From the IMG/VR virus record IMGVR_UViG_3300018080_000107: a stretch of DNA of 64,000 nucleotides. One strand, given 5' to 3'. The notes under the pieces are model-generated. The model was given only the letters and a program-made list of their open reading frames with translations, was not told the DNA's origin and did no database searches. Position 1 is the stretch's first letter, and each line of letters opens with the position of its first letter. The translations under genes were made by a program, and so were the position numbers. Of the stretch, positions 55,284 through 64,000 are shown piece by piece. This stretch comes from a virus.

Positions 55284-56054
55284 ATGAGTAATATGAAGAC
55301 AATTTATATTGGAAGTGGTGGCCTGGGTGATTCAGTTATTCTTGGTGCCAAGTTGATGAACATTGTTGATGGTGCTCATCAGCCTGGTGATATGGTTCAC
55401 TACACTCATCTTGAAAGTAACAAACGTTCTAATTATGAACATGCTTTAATTGAATATTGGAGATTGGTAGCAAATTACTTTAGAAGTAGGGCTATCATTT
55501 TTACATTCAATGTTGAATTTTATCCTCATGGTAAATTTTGGCAACATGTTCCACAGAAGGTATTTAACACTTCTACTGGACTAACTACAAAAGTAGATAG
55601 GTTATGTTCAAAGGTTCCGGGTCAATTGGTTATTCCAGATTCTGGCTTTGAACAATGTGTTGCTGTGATTATTGATGGCGGCGGCGGTTCAAGAGGCATA
55701 AGTCCAAAAGCTTGCATCGATTTTGCAGAAGACAATAATCTATTGGTTGTTGCTATTGGACAAAAAGAACGTGAAATCAACTCTTCAAAAGTTTATAATT
55801 TAACAGGAAGAACTTGTTTAACAGAGGCATTGTCAATTGTTTCTGGTTGTAAGGCTGTTATTGGTCCAGATGGGATCATAACATATTTTGCTGCCATGTA
55901 TCAAGTGCCAACATGTATTTTCTATCATGCGCCGAATTTGCCGGTGCAATATTCATTACATCAATTACCGGACAGACAAGTGGTTGCGTGTGTAACACAG
56001 TCTATAATTAACGAAGAAAGGTTGTTAAATGAAGTATTGGAAAGACTGGCTTAA
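55284..56054 (+). CDS. GT9 (heptosyltransferase)-like glycosyltransferase
   Basis: GGLGDSV, NLTGRTCL, IGPDG...AA...VPT. Confidence 0.7.
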   Translation: MSNMKTIYIGSGGLGDSVILGAKLMNIVDGAHQPGDMVHYTHLESNKRSNYEHALIEYWRLVANYFRSRAIIFTFNVEFYPHGKFWQHVPQKVFNTSTGLTTKVDRLCSKVPGQLVIPDSGFEQCVAVIIDGGGGSRGISPKACIDFAEDNNLLVVAIGQKEREINSSKVYNLTGRTCLTEALSIVSGCKAVIGPDGIITYFAAMYQVPTCIFYHAPNLPVQYSLHQLPDRQVVACVTQSIINEERLLNEVLERLA

Positions 56055-56517
56055 GATTGGCATTTTAATTACCGTTACTATTGTTTCGGTATTTTGTGCT
56101 GTTAAATTTAGGACAGTTATAGTGGTCGGATCATCTATGAGTCCAGCACTAAGAAATGGTGATCGATGTTTAATGTACAAAACACAGAATATAGAGCGAT
56201 ATGATGTAATTTGCTTCAAATATTCTAATGGTGATTCATATGCCAAAAGAGTTATTGGACTACCAGGAGAACGTATATTTGTTTGTGAAACAGGTATAGC
56301 AATATGTAGCAAAACAGATAAGTCAGTACAAGTTTTAGAAGAGAAGTATTTGGTTTTTCGCAATAACGGATTCACTGGTTTGATCGATGTTGGAAAAGAC
56401 GAAGTGTATGTACTTGGAGACAATCGACCCAATTCACATGATTCACGTATTTTTGGACCAGTGAAAATTAATAAGATTGAAGGCGTACTTGAATTTATAC
56501 TTTGGAATCGTCCATAG
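56029..56517 (+). CDS. lepB: signal peptidase I
   Basis: GSSMSPAL, KRVIGLPG, GDNRPNSHDSR.FG. Confidence 0.9.
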   Translation: MKYWKDWLKIGILITVTIVSVFCAVKFRTVIVVGSSMSPALRNGDRCLMYKTQNIERYDVICFKYSNGDSYAKRVIGLPGERIFVCETGIAICSKTDKSVQVLEEKYLVFRNNGFTGLIDVGKDEVYVLGDNRPNSHDSRIFGPVKINKIEGVLEFILWNRP

Positions 56518-56526
56518 GAGGAAAAA

Positions 56527-56723
56527 TGAGTCAGACTAAAGATGGAATTATCACAGTTGTTTCGGCAGTGCGTGGCAAGCCTCGTTTCAAGGGAGATAAG
56601 GGGCCGGTACTTCATTGGACAGTAGCCAAGATTGGCGGAAAGAAGATCAATAAAAAGTTCAAGACACAAGCAGATGCCCGTGAATTTGCTCGTGCTATGG
56701 AGACAGCAGATGCAAGAAAGTAA
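56527..56723 (+). CDS. small basic protein
   Basis: MSQTK start after AGGAGG. Confidence 0.55.
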
Positions 56724-57363
56724 AGTAAACTTTATGCAATTGGGTGATCCACAAGTAACCATAATGGGACTGACACCTAATGCTGAGCGCCATATGGAAT
56801 ATTGTGCAAGATTTTGTTATAACTCTCTTGATAAAATGAAAGACGGCTCTCATGTAGGTTTTTTGCGTGGAGCTATGAAACGTGGTCATTGGTCAATTCT
56901 AGGTCATGCTCATTGTACATTTATTATAGAGGGCATTAGTCGTGCATGTAGCCATCAGTTGGTTCGGCATGCACACTTACGATATCTACAACGCAGTCAA
57001 CGATATTGCATGGAAGATGTGCCAGAGTATATCATCCCGGAGAATGTTCATAATGGTAGATTGACTGACACATTTCACAATCTTATGGCACACATCTGGG
57101 ACGCATACGCATTGTTTGCCTCGAAGATCAAACGTGAAGATGCTAGGTTTGTTTTGCCGAATGCGTGCAAGACTTCGATGGCAGTTAGTGGCAGCCTCCA
57201 GGCTTGGTGGGATTTCTTGCGGCTACGTCTTGACAAACATGCTCAGTGGGAAATTCGTACCGTTGCAAAGATGGTTTATGGACTTCTTAATGTTTGGGTG
57301 CCAAGTGTGTTTAATGAAGAACTATTAATAATTCAGCCAAAATTGAATTTGGAGTTTGAATAA
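56710..57363 (+). CDS. thyX: flavin-dependent thymidylate synthase
   Basis: GHWSI, SRACSHQLVRH...SQRY, EDARFVLP, AQWEIR. Confidence 0.9.
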   Translation: MQESKVNFMQLGDPQVTIMGLTPNAERHMEYCARFCYNSLDKMKDGSHVGFLRGAMKRGHWSILGHAHCTFIIEGISRACSHQLVRHAHLRYLQRSQRYCMEDVPEYIIPENVHNGRLTDTFHNLMAHIWDAYALFASKIKREDARFVLPNACKTSMAVSGSLQAWWDFLRLRLDKHAQWEIRTVAKMVYGLLNVWVPSVFNEELLIIQPKLNLEFE

Positions 57364-58210
57364 TATGCAACTAAGTATAATCCACACGACATATAATAGG
57401 GCAGGACACTTAGAGAGGATTCTTCCAAGATTTGAACTAAATGCTAAAAGACATCCAGATATTGATTTTGAAGTTGTCATTCTTGATGGTGGCAGTTCTG
57501 ACAATACTGCCGAAGTAGCAAAACAGTTTATGAAGCGTGAAACTGTTAAAGTGAAATACGTTCATGTTGGCTTTGGAAAGTGGACAAACCCATCGTTGCC
57601 TCGCAACATCGCTCTAAGGCATGCTGAAGGCCGTATAGGCTGCACCACTGACGCAGACCATTGGATAGGACAAGATTTCATTAGGGGCGCTTACAGAGCC
57701 TTTGAAGATGGCAGTGATGATAAGGTCAGTATTGGAATGGTGTGGGATACAAATGAGTCAAGGGGTGTTCCTTGGCCAAAAATTAATAATGCAATACTAT
57801 CCTCAAAACTTGACGACAATTTAGACATTCTTGAATTTTATAGACAGGTTGGTATACCAATCCGTGAACCAAAGTCTGGCTGGATTGTTGCTTATCCTAT
57901 GTGGGCAGTTGAGGAAAATCATGGATATTGTGAAGATTTTGCAGGTTCAGATTGGGGAAGAGATGAAGATATTTTTCTTTTGATGTTGCAAGAGCGGCTG
58001 CAAACAACTACCGAACATCATAAAGAGTTTGCTGCTATACACTTGTGTCATTCTGTAAGTGAATTTGGGATTCGACGGAATGCATCAAAGAATCATGAAA
58101 TTTTTAAGCGCAAGATTGACGATTTGCATGCAGCAATTTCAGACAATGTAATGCGCGATTGGGGCAAGGTGCCCGAAGGAGTAAATTATGAAGTCAGACA
58201 GAATTTCTAA
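57356..58210 (+). CDS. GT2-family glycosyltransferase
   Basis: TYNR, DGGSSD, RN, TDAD, WGRDED, HLCH. Confidence 0.8.
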   Translation: MNNMQLSIIHTTYNRAGHLERILPRFELNAKRHPDIDFEVVILDGGSSDNTAEVAKQFMKRETVKVKYVHVGFGKWTNPSLPRNIALRHAEGRIGCTTDADHWIGQDFIRGAYRAFEDGSDDKVSIGMVWDTNESRGVPWPKINNAILSSKLDDNLDILEFYRQVGIPIREPKSGWIVAYPMWAVEENHGYCEDFAGSDWGRDEDIFLLMLQERLQTTTEHHKEFAAIHLCHSVSEFGIRRNASKNHEIFKRKIDDLHAAISDNVMRDWGKVPEGVNYEVRQNF

Positions 58211-58655
58211 ACACGTTTATTTGGCTGGACCGATTACAGGTTGTTCTTATGATGGATGTACTGATTGGCGCAAAAATGTAGCTACTCTATTAAACATGGT
58301 TGGTTATACTTGTTCTTCTCCCATGAGAGGCAAGCAGTTTTTGAAGGATGTTAAGTCTATTGCTTCAACTGGCTATAGTGGCATAGCGGACGATCATGCT
58401 GTTGTGAAACGAGATAAGAACGACGTATTAAATTGTGATGTTCTTTTGATCAACCTTGAAGGAGCATCAATTGTAAGCATCGGATCAATGTTTGAGTTGG
58501 CATGGGGAGCAGATCATAATAAGTTCTGCCTGGTCGTTTTAGATGAAAATAATCCACACGACCATTGTTTTGTAAAACAGAATGCGTCATTGGTCGTACC
58601 CAGTTTGCAAGCGGCTGTTGATTATCTTGTAGATGTGTACAATAAGCAATTTTAG
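58188..58655 (+). CDS. nucleoside 2-deoxyribosyltransferase-like protein
   Basis: VYLAGPI, RD, SIGSMFELAW. Confidence 0.8.
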   Translation: MKSDRISKHVYLAGPITGCSYDGCTDWRKNVATLLNMVGYTCSSPMRGKQFLKDVKSIASTGYSGIADDHAVVKRDKNDVLNCDVLLINLEGASIVSIGSMFELAWGADHNKFCLVVLDENNPHDHCFVKQNASLVVPSLQAAVDYLVDVYNKQF

Positions 58656-58664
58656 AGAAAATCT

Positions 58665-58690
58665 GTAATAATTCTACAAATCAACGTCTA
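58665..58690 (+). promoter_or_regulatory. class II promoter GTAAT-N15-CGTCTA
   Basis: One of 7 copies. Confidence 0.7.
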
Positions 58691-58710
58691 TAATAGTAGA
58701 GGAGGTAATT

Positions 58711-59193
58711 ATGCCTTATATTAAACCAGAGTTTCGTGAAGTTGTTGATGTTCATATTGAAAAGGTCGTAGAAAGAGCACTTCGAGAAGGTGACATTACA
58801 CCGGATCGCATGGGAAACATTATTAGTGCAATTGCGATTTGTTCATATCAACGTCGTATTCCTGTTGCTAGTATATCAAATTATGTCCCTATGGATACTT
58901 TAATTTGTAGGGATTTAATCAAGGCGATTATTAAAGATTTGCCAGAAGAAATGATATATGGTGCTTTGAATTATTGTATCACTCGCTTTCTGGTGATATC
59001 TGCCCTTAAGGATGGAATCAGGTACAACAAGGGTCAAGCGATTATGGAAGCAATTGAAGAGGCTCGTGAATATGTTCATGAAAAGCCGCTTCATGCTATG
59101 CTTACCTGTGTCGAAATGGAGTTTTATCGCAAGGTAATGGGTCCATATGAAGACATCAAATGTGAAGAATCAGGTGATGTTTATGAAGTCTGA
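58711..59193 (+). CDS. conserved phage protein (MPYI...GxLNY...EFYR...PYED...GDV family)
   Basis: Characteristic motifs. Confidence 0.7.
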   Translation: MPYIKPEFREVVDVHIEKVVERALREGDITPDRMGNIISAIAICSYQRRIPVASISNYVPMDTLICRDLIKAIIKDLPEEMIYGALNYCITRFLVISALKDGIRYNKGQAIMEAIEEAREYVHEKPLHAMLTCVEMEFYRKVMGPYEDIKCEESGDVYEV

Positions 59194-59620
59194 TATGTTA
59201 TTTCCACGGATTCGAGATGTTTCTAAGCTTTGGGGCTGGGAAGAGCATTTAAAAAATGACGATGCGTTTTGTGTCAAAATTCTTGGTGTCAATCAAGGTT
59301 GTTCTTGTAGTATTCATTGGCACGTAGAAAAAAGTGAAATGTTTGTCATGAAGCGTGGCAAAATGCTCGTTGAGGTTTGGGATCGTCTTCCAGAAGATTA
59401 TTCTAATTCTGATGTGATGCGCCTTCTTAAGCACCATCCACAAAGATTTATTCTTGAAGAAGATGGAAACCTTAATACAGGACATATTATGATTGCCACA
59501 AGAGTTCCACATCGCTTTACTGGACTATCAGACGAAGCGGCGATGTTTGTGGAGTGTTCTACTTTTGATTCACCGGATGACAGCTATAGAGCGATTGAGA
59601 GTATTTGCGTGGAGGAATAA
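59183..59620 (+). CDS. cupin sugar isomerase-like protein
   Basis: WGWE, SIHWHVEKSE, PHRF, ECST..DS. Confidence 0.75.
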   Translation: MKSDMLFPRIRDVSKLWGWEEHLKNDDAFCVKILGVNQGCSCSIHWHVEKSEMFVMKRGKMLVEVWDRLPEDYSNSDVMRLLKHHPQRFILEEDGNLNTGHIMIATRVPHRFTGLSDEAAMFVECSTFDSPDDSYRAIESICVEE

Positions 59621-59889
59621 TGCCACTCACAGAGATTCTTGGTTGGATTGGTAATATTGGTTTTGTAATAGGATGCATTCTTCTTGCTCGAAAGAAACAT
59701 GAAGGCTTCTATTGCAATACAGTTGCCAATGGACTTTATGGAGCGCAAGCTATTTTAATGCATAACAATTCATTGCTTGCATTATCTCTGCTATTGGCAG
59801 GCATTAATATATACGGTGTTGTTCAATGGAAAATAACAGGGGGTAAGAATGCCAGTATACAAGAAGGCTCAGAAAGTAAAGAAAACTAA
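59620..59889 (+). CDS. PnuC-like small membrane protein
   Basis: Three TMs; ILGW...G..N...NIYG..QW. Confidence 0.55.
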   Translation: MPLTEILGWIGNIGFVIGCILLARKKHEGFYCNTVANGLYGAQAILMHNNSLLALSLLLAGINIYGVVQWKITGGKNASIQEGSESKEN

Positions 59890-60427
59890 AAAGACAACTA
59901 AGAAAAAGTCAGTTCAAAAGCCGGAAGAGCCACCTGTTGGCATTCTTGTTTGTGGAGAGCTTAGTTCTGAAACAATCAATTCGGTTTGGGAAGCCTATGA
60001 CGATGATCGTGAGTTTATTCTAACACTCTGTTCGCCGGGTGGTGACATTATTGTTTATCATGCTCTACTGGATTTCCTTGGGCATGCACGAGAACAAGGT
60101 AGATTGACTACTGTTGGTATGGGAGAGTGTTTTTCTGGTGCCCCACTGCTTCTTGCTGGAGGATCAGAAGGTAGACGTGTTGCATATAAGAGTACGCTAT
60201 TCGGACTGCATGAACCTTTTTTGACACAGGTTCCACCAGATCCAGGCGCACAATTTACAGTGCTGAAACAACTTGAATCTATTAAGGACCAATATTATGG
60301 ATTCCTTGCTCAATTCACCAAACATCGTCAAGCATGGTGGCGGGAGAGACTTGAAGGAAAAAGCATGTGGCATATGGATGCAAAAGAAGCTATGAAGCTT
60401 GGCATCATTGATGGAGTTATTGAATGA
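59849..60427 (+). CDS. ClpP-like protease
   Basis: SPGGD, GECFSG, GLHEP, A.EA.KLGIID. Confidence 0.75.
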   Translation: MPVYKKAQKVKKTKKTTKKKSVQKPEEPPVGILVCGELSSETINSVWEAYDDDREFILTLCSPGGDIIVYHALLDFLGHAREQGRLTTVGMGECFSGAPLLLAGGSEGRRVAYKSTLFGLHEPFLTQVPPDPGAQFTVLKQLESIKDQYYGFLAQFTKHRQAWWRERLEGKSMWHMDAKEAMKLGIIDGVIE

Positions 60428-60870
60428 TAGTAGGTATTAAGTCTGGTTGTTATACCTTGTTTCATGGTGGTCATTTTTGGATGCTTGAGCAGTGCGCTAA
60501 GCAGTGTCATTATCTCATAGCACTAACCAACGATGATGATTATGTCATGAAGAAAAAAAGGTTTATCGCCATTCCGGCAGAAGAACGCTTGTTAATATTA
60601 CAACATCATGATTGTGTTAATGAAGCACATATGTTTCATGGCGACACAGAACACGAGTGGATTAAGAACTTTGTTGAAAATCGACTTGAACAACAATTTG
60701 GTCGTGATGCAATTTTGCGCGTTTTCCACAGTGAAGAACTTAAAGATCAGGAGTGGGTGCCAGGACAAGGCTATGCACACGATATAACATTTGTGCCGAA
60801 GCAATCATCTCCATATCAAACGTCAGTGACAGAAATGTGTAAGAGAATTAGAGGTGATAGTAGTGAGTAA
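60424..60870 (+). CDS. cytidylyl/adenylyltransferase (RfaE domain II-like)
   Basis: SGCYTLFHGGH (HxGH), ND, ER, TS.T. Confidence 0.75.
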   Translation: MIVGIKSGCYTLFHGGHFWMLEQCAKQCHYLIALTNDDDYVMKKKRFIAIPAEERLLILQHHDCVNEAHMFHGDTEHEWIKNFVENRLEQQFGRDAILRVFHSEELKDQEWVPGQGYAHDITFVPKQSSPYQTSVTEMCKRIRGDSSE

Positions 60871-61798
60871 AATATTGGTAATTGGCGATGTCATGTTTGA
60901 CATTCATATGCAATGTAATAGCTCCCGCCTTTCGCCAGAGGCACCAGTTCCCGTTTGTCTTTTGGACAAATCAAGAAAAATTCTTGGTGGCGCAGCTAAT
61001 GTGGCTGCACAGATTGCACAGGCATCAGCTTGTACGCTTGCTTACATTTATTCTAAATCAGACATTACAAAGGTGGATCTTGAACATGTTTGTGCGTTGA
61101 ATTATATTGATACGCTAAAGCTTGAAACAAAAACACACTATGATATTCCTCAGAAAACAAGGATCTGGTCTAATGGTCAGCAAGTATGTCGGCTTGATAA
61201 AGAAGAGGAATTTCCAGCGTTCAGTTCTGAAACACGCTTGAGGTGGCTTAAGACAATTAAGGATTTTATTGTAGACCAAGGGACAAAACTTATTATTTTG
61301 TCTGACTACAACAAGGGAATATTCGACGACGATTTTTTACAGAATATTATTGATATAGCTAACAAGATGGGTGTTATTACTATTCTCGATCCAAAGCGTC
61401 CGACATACAGCACTCTTGAAGGACTATCGATTACTACACCTAATAATGCTGAAATGGAAAAAACTATTATGACTCCAGAGGAAGTGTCAGAAAGAATGGT
61501 TGGCACTTATTTGATCCATACTCGTGGAGCAGAAGGCATGGATTGCTATCGAAATAGTAGAAAGTTGACACATGTGTTCGCCCATAATGTTGAGGTTTCT
61601 GATACGTGCGGATGTGGAGATACGGTTGTTTCATTTCTTGCATTGGCACTACAAAAGGTTGGATATCAATTAGATCAGGTTACTATTAAACAAGCTATGG
61701 AGGCTGCAAGCTATGCTGCTTCCAGAACTGTAACCCATCATGGAAGTTATGTACTTACTAAAGAAGAAACGCAGGCAGTATTTGGTTTTGTGAGGTAA
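60854..61798 (+). CDS. PfkB kinase, RfaE domain I / heptose-7-phosphate kinase-like
   Basis: IGDVMFD, RLSPEAPVPV, LGGAANVA, SDYNKG, DPK, TPN, DTCGCGDT. Confidence 0.85.
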   Translation: MIVVSKILVIGDVMFDIHMQCNSSRLSPEAPVPVCLLDKSRKILGGAANVAAQIAQASACTLAYIYSKSDITKVDLEHVCALNYIDTLKLETKTHYDIPQKTRIWSNGQQVCRLDKEEEFPAFSSETRLRWLKTIKDFIVDQGTKLIILSDYNKGIFDDDFLQNIIDIANKMGVITILDPKRPTYSTLEGLSITTPNNAEMEKTIMTPEEVSERMVGTYLIHTRGAEGMDCYRNSRKLTHVFAHNVEVSDTCGCGDTVVSFLALALQKVGYQLDQVTIKQAMEAASYAASRTVTHHGSYVLTKEETQAVFGFVR

Positions 61799-61800
61799 GA

Positions 61801-62412
61801 ATGAGCGACAAAAACGTTAAAAATTCAGAAGAAAAACAAGAAGAAGTTGTAAGGTATCGAGATTATTTACATGAAGGCGACATTTACACAAATGATCGCA
61901 ATGAAGAATTTGTGTACGTAAGTGCACTGGTAAGGATTGCTAAACAGCATGCTGGAATGATTGGATTTATGCCACAGGTTGTTCAGGCACCCATTAAAGA
62001 AGACCATTGGTCCGCTACCGTGGTTGTCAGATGTGAGTTTGCTGACGGGAGTTATGCCGGTGGTGCTGCTGATTGTCGATATACAACGGCTGGTGATGGA
62101 TTTCAAAATTATACAACGGCACTGGCGGAAACCAGGGCTCTTGGTCGTGCCTTAAGACGATATCTTGATATCAATTTGTGTACATTTGAGGAACAATATA
62201 CGCCAGATAATAACGCAATTACAGACACACAAAGGAATTGCATTGAAAAGAAGTTTTTTAATAGACGTCTCTTCAGTATAAAAGACGTATGTAAAATAGT
62301 GGGGAGAGAGGTTTCCATTCTAACTGACTTGACTGAAGCAGAAGCCTCTCAAGTTATTGTAAAATTCAATAAAGCTTTACGAAAAAAGCAGTTACAGCAA
62401 AAGAAAGAGTAA
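61801..62412 (+). CDS. putative Rad52/Sak-like single-strand annealing protein
   Basis: ATVVV...G.AD...ALAETRALGRALR; C-terminal LTEAEASQVI. Confidence 0.45.
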   Translation: MSDKNVKNSEEKQEEVVRYRDYLHEGDIYTNDRNEEFVYVSALVRIAKQHAGMIGFMPQVVQAPIKEDHWSATVVVRCEFADGSYAGGAADCRYTTAGDGFQNYTTALAETRALGRALRRYLDINLCTFEEQYTPDNNAITDTQRNCIEKKFFNRRLFSIKDVCKIVGREVSILTDLTEAEASQVIVKFNKALRKKQLQQKKE

Positions 62413-62421
62413 GGAGGACAC

Positions 62422-62775
62422 ATGGACGCACTTTATAATGCACTACCACTTGTTTTGGAGATTCTACTTCCCGTACTAACTCTGCTCATCGCATATGGCG
62501 TTCGGGCATTTGTAAAAAAGATGGGTGCGGAAGAGAAGATTGATACAGACGCACTTGTTGATAAGATTGTCGGAAGGGCAGTTGATTGTGTCGAGCAACT
62601 TGGTGCCGCCGCTCATAAGTATGGCCAGCAGGCTATTAAGCCAGAGGATAAGCTTGCTACTGCTATTAATCTTATTGTAGCAGAAATGAATAAACTTGGC
62701 CTTCCTGTACTCACAGGTGAGATTCTCCGTATGAAGGTTGAGGCTTATATTCGTCGTCGTGAAGAGGCGAAGTAG
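62422..62775 (+). CDS. phage holin (LLH-like)
   Basis: N-terminal TM, AVDCVEQL, KL..A, VEA. Confidence 0.6.
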   Translation: MDALYNALPLVLEILLPVLTLLIAYGVRAFVKKMGAEEKIDTDALVDKIVGRAVDCVEQLGAAAHKYGQQAIKPEDKLATAINLIVAEMNKLGLPVLTGEILRMKVEAYIRRREEAK

Positions 62776-62783
62776 GAGGAGTC

Positions 62784-63296
62784 ATGAAGATTAATACATA
62801 TTTATTGCTATGTCTAATACTACTTCTGGGAAGTGGTTGTTCGTTCTTGCAGAAGATGGACGTTGGCCAGAAGGTAGTATTTATGAAAAGTGCCGCTCGA
62901 ATGGGAACATTCGTAGGGCTTGAACGAGGCATCCGCGATGAAGAGAAGCGTATTGAAGTAGCAACACTCTTAAAGGAAGATATTGCTAAGAATGTTCTTG
63001 CTCTTTTGGACGGAGAAAATGTTCGTATTAGTTCAGAAAATCGTGAACTGCTATTGGCCAAAATTCCAATTGAACTTAGACTATATCTTGAAGATGCCCT
63101 TGAGATTTTGAGTGCATATTCAAAAGAAGCAGATATTAAGGGTATGCTTGATGATAATGCTGTTCGGTTGTTGAGGGCTTTTTTCACCGGGGTAATAGAA
63201 GGCTGTGACCTTATTTTAATGGAAGTGAGTCTCAATTATGATGGGATGGGAAATAGTAGCTGCGCACGTATTACAGAATGTACTCAAGGAAGGTAG
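62784..63296 (+). CDS. putative lipoprotein
   Basis: Lipobox LLGSGC. Confidence 0.6.
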   Translation: MKINTYLLLCLILLLGSGCSFLQKMDVGQKVVFMKSAARMGTFVGLERGIRDEEKRIEVATLLKEDIAKNVLALLDGENVRISSENRELLLAKIPIELRLYLEDALEILSAYSKEADIKGMLDDNAVRLLRAFFTGVIEGCDLILMEVSLNYDGMGNSSCARITECTQGR

Positions 63297-63501
63297 GATT
63301 TTATCCGCCAAAGATATTGAGGTTTTTGAATCCATAAGGGATTTGCTGTTGTCTATTTTGTCCAGCAATCCGCGTTATTGTTTCAACGACACCCATAAAT
63401 GCGAATACCGTGAAGGTGCATGTCACGTTCTATTCACAAAAGGTAATGAGTGGACCGCTGAAGATATCGCAAATTGCAAATATCGCCGCATCATTGAATA
63501 G
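63238..63501 (+). CDS. hypothetical protein
   Basis: ORF in operon. Confidence 0.5.
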   Translation: MMGWEIVAAHVLQNVLKEGRILSAKDIEVFESIRDLLLSILSSNPRYCFNDTHKCEYREGACHVLFTKGNEWTAEDIANCKYRRIIE

Positions 63502-63510
63502 GAGGTTGTC

Positions 63511-64000
63511 ATGAGTCGCATAGGCGCGATTATTCTAACACTCTCATTATTGTTTGGGTGTACCATCGTACATCAAACTGTTTTACACGAACCATGTCTT
63601 GAACATCACCTTGATAAAGCCGAGTATGCGAATACTATCTTGCCTATGGTATGTATGATAGAAGGTCACATTGACGGCAAAAAGCGAGGTGGAGGAAGTG
63701 GAACATGTATTGCTATCAAAGAAGAAGATGGCAAACGGGTTGCTTATATACTCACAGCGAAGCATGTTGTAGATAAAAAGCCGCCGAAAGTTATGGTTTT
63801 TAAAGATGGTAAGTGGATCGAACAGCCGCCACCAAAGCTTGAATTCTTTGTCAGGTTTTGGGAATATGGCGAAAACAATATTCCTATCCAAGAGTGTATA
63901 GAACCTCTATCTATAGTTTGGATGGCAGAAAATGCAGATGCTGCAATTGTAAAAGTAATTAACGCTCCAAGTTTTATCCATCCAGCAAAAATAATGCGTG
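63511..64000 (+). CDS. trypsin-like serine protease lipoprotein, partial (runs off window)
   Basis: Hand-translated MSRIGAII...LLFGC...GSGTCI...ILTAKHVV...DAAIVKV; AGGAGG RBS. Confidence 0.7.
   Translation, partial: MSRIGAIILTLSLLFGCTIVHQTVLHEPCLEHHLDKAEYANTILPMVCMIEGHIDGKKRGGGSGTCIAIKEEDGKRVAYILTAKHVVDKKPPKVMVFKDGKWIEQPPPKLEFFVRFWEYGENNIPIQECIEPLSIVWMAENADAAIVKVINAPSFIHPAKIMR

Noticed and set aside
1-64000. Stop-codon reassignment suggested by the release-factor-like gene
   Set aside because: Well-defined genes end in TAA, TGA and TAG and long enzymes are uninterrupted in code 11.

Overview
This 64 kb window looks like part of a large dsDNA phage genome in the standard genetic code. It has dense short ORFs, no structural genes and no tRNA, rRNA or CRISPR array that I could see. 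Genes run on the minus strand from 1 to 33.3 kb and on the plus strand from 33.4 to 64 kb. (i) 1-9.8 kb: DHH phosphoesterase, a stand-alone NAD-ligase domain Ia, a three-gene ExbB/ExbD (MotA/MotB)-like membrane module, a GGQ peptidyl-tRNA hydrolase, SSB and an SPFH protein. (ii) 9.9-21.6 kb: a distinct, GATC-free block of small genes that looks like a pre-early or host-takeover region. It holds two paralogous mini protein kinases, duplicated 31-aa hydrophobic peptides, and host sigma70 and sigma54 promoter matches. About 45 copies of a 16-bp palindrome ATKAA-N6-TTMAT mark gene junctions there and form tandem arrays. (iii) 21.6-43.6 kb: early genes (MazG, SLOG/DprA-like, bL12 domain, HNHs, ECF-like sigma factor, DUF932, P-loop ATPase) and several candidate structured ncRNAs. 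(iv) 43.6-64 kb: nucleotide metabolism (IMPDH/GMP reductase, YhaM-like HD protein, dCMP deaminase, ThyX, deoxyribosyltransferase) mixed with a large glycan-modification cluster (three GT2, one GT9-like, two radical SAM, UDP-sugar dehydrogenase, FkbM, kinase-methyltransferase, split HldE), then a holin and lipoproteins. Two phage-specific promoter classes are readable directly: class I CCTTGTWTNNAGGCTAC (about 28 copies) and class II GTAAT-N15/16-CGTCTA (7 copies). The most unusual element is this cis-regulatory or cassette architecture. All counts were made by eye and should be confirmed computationally.
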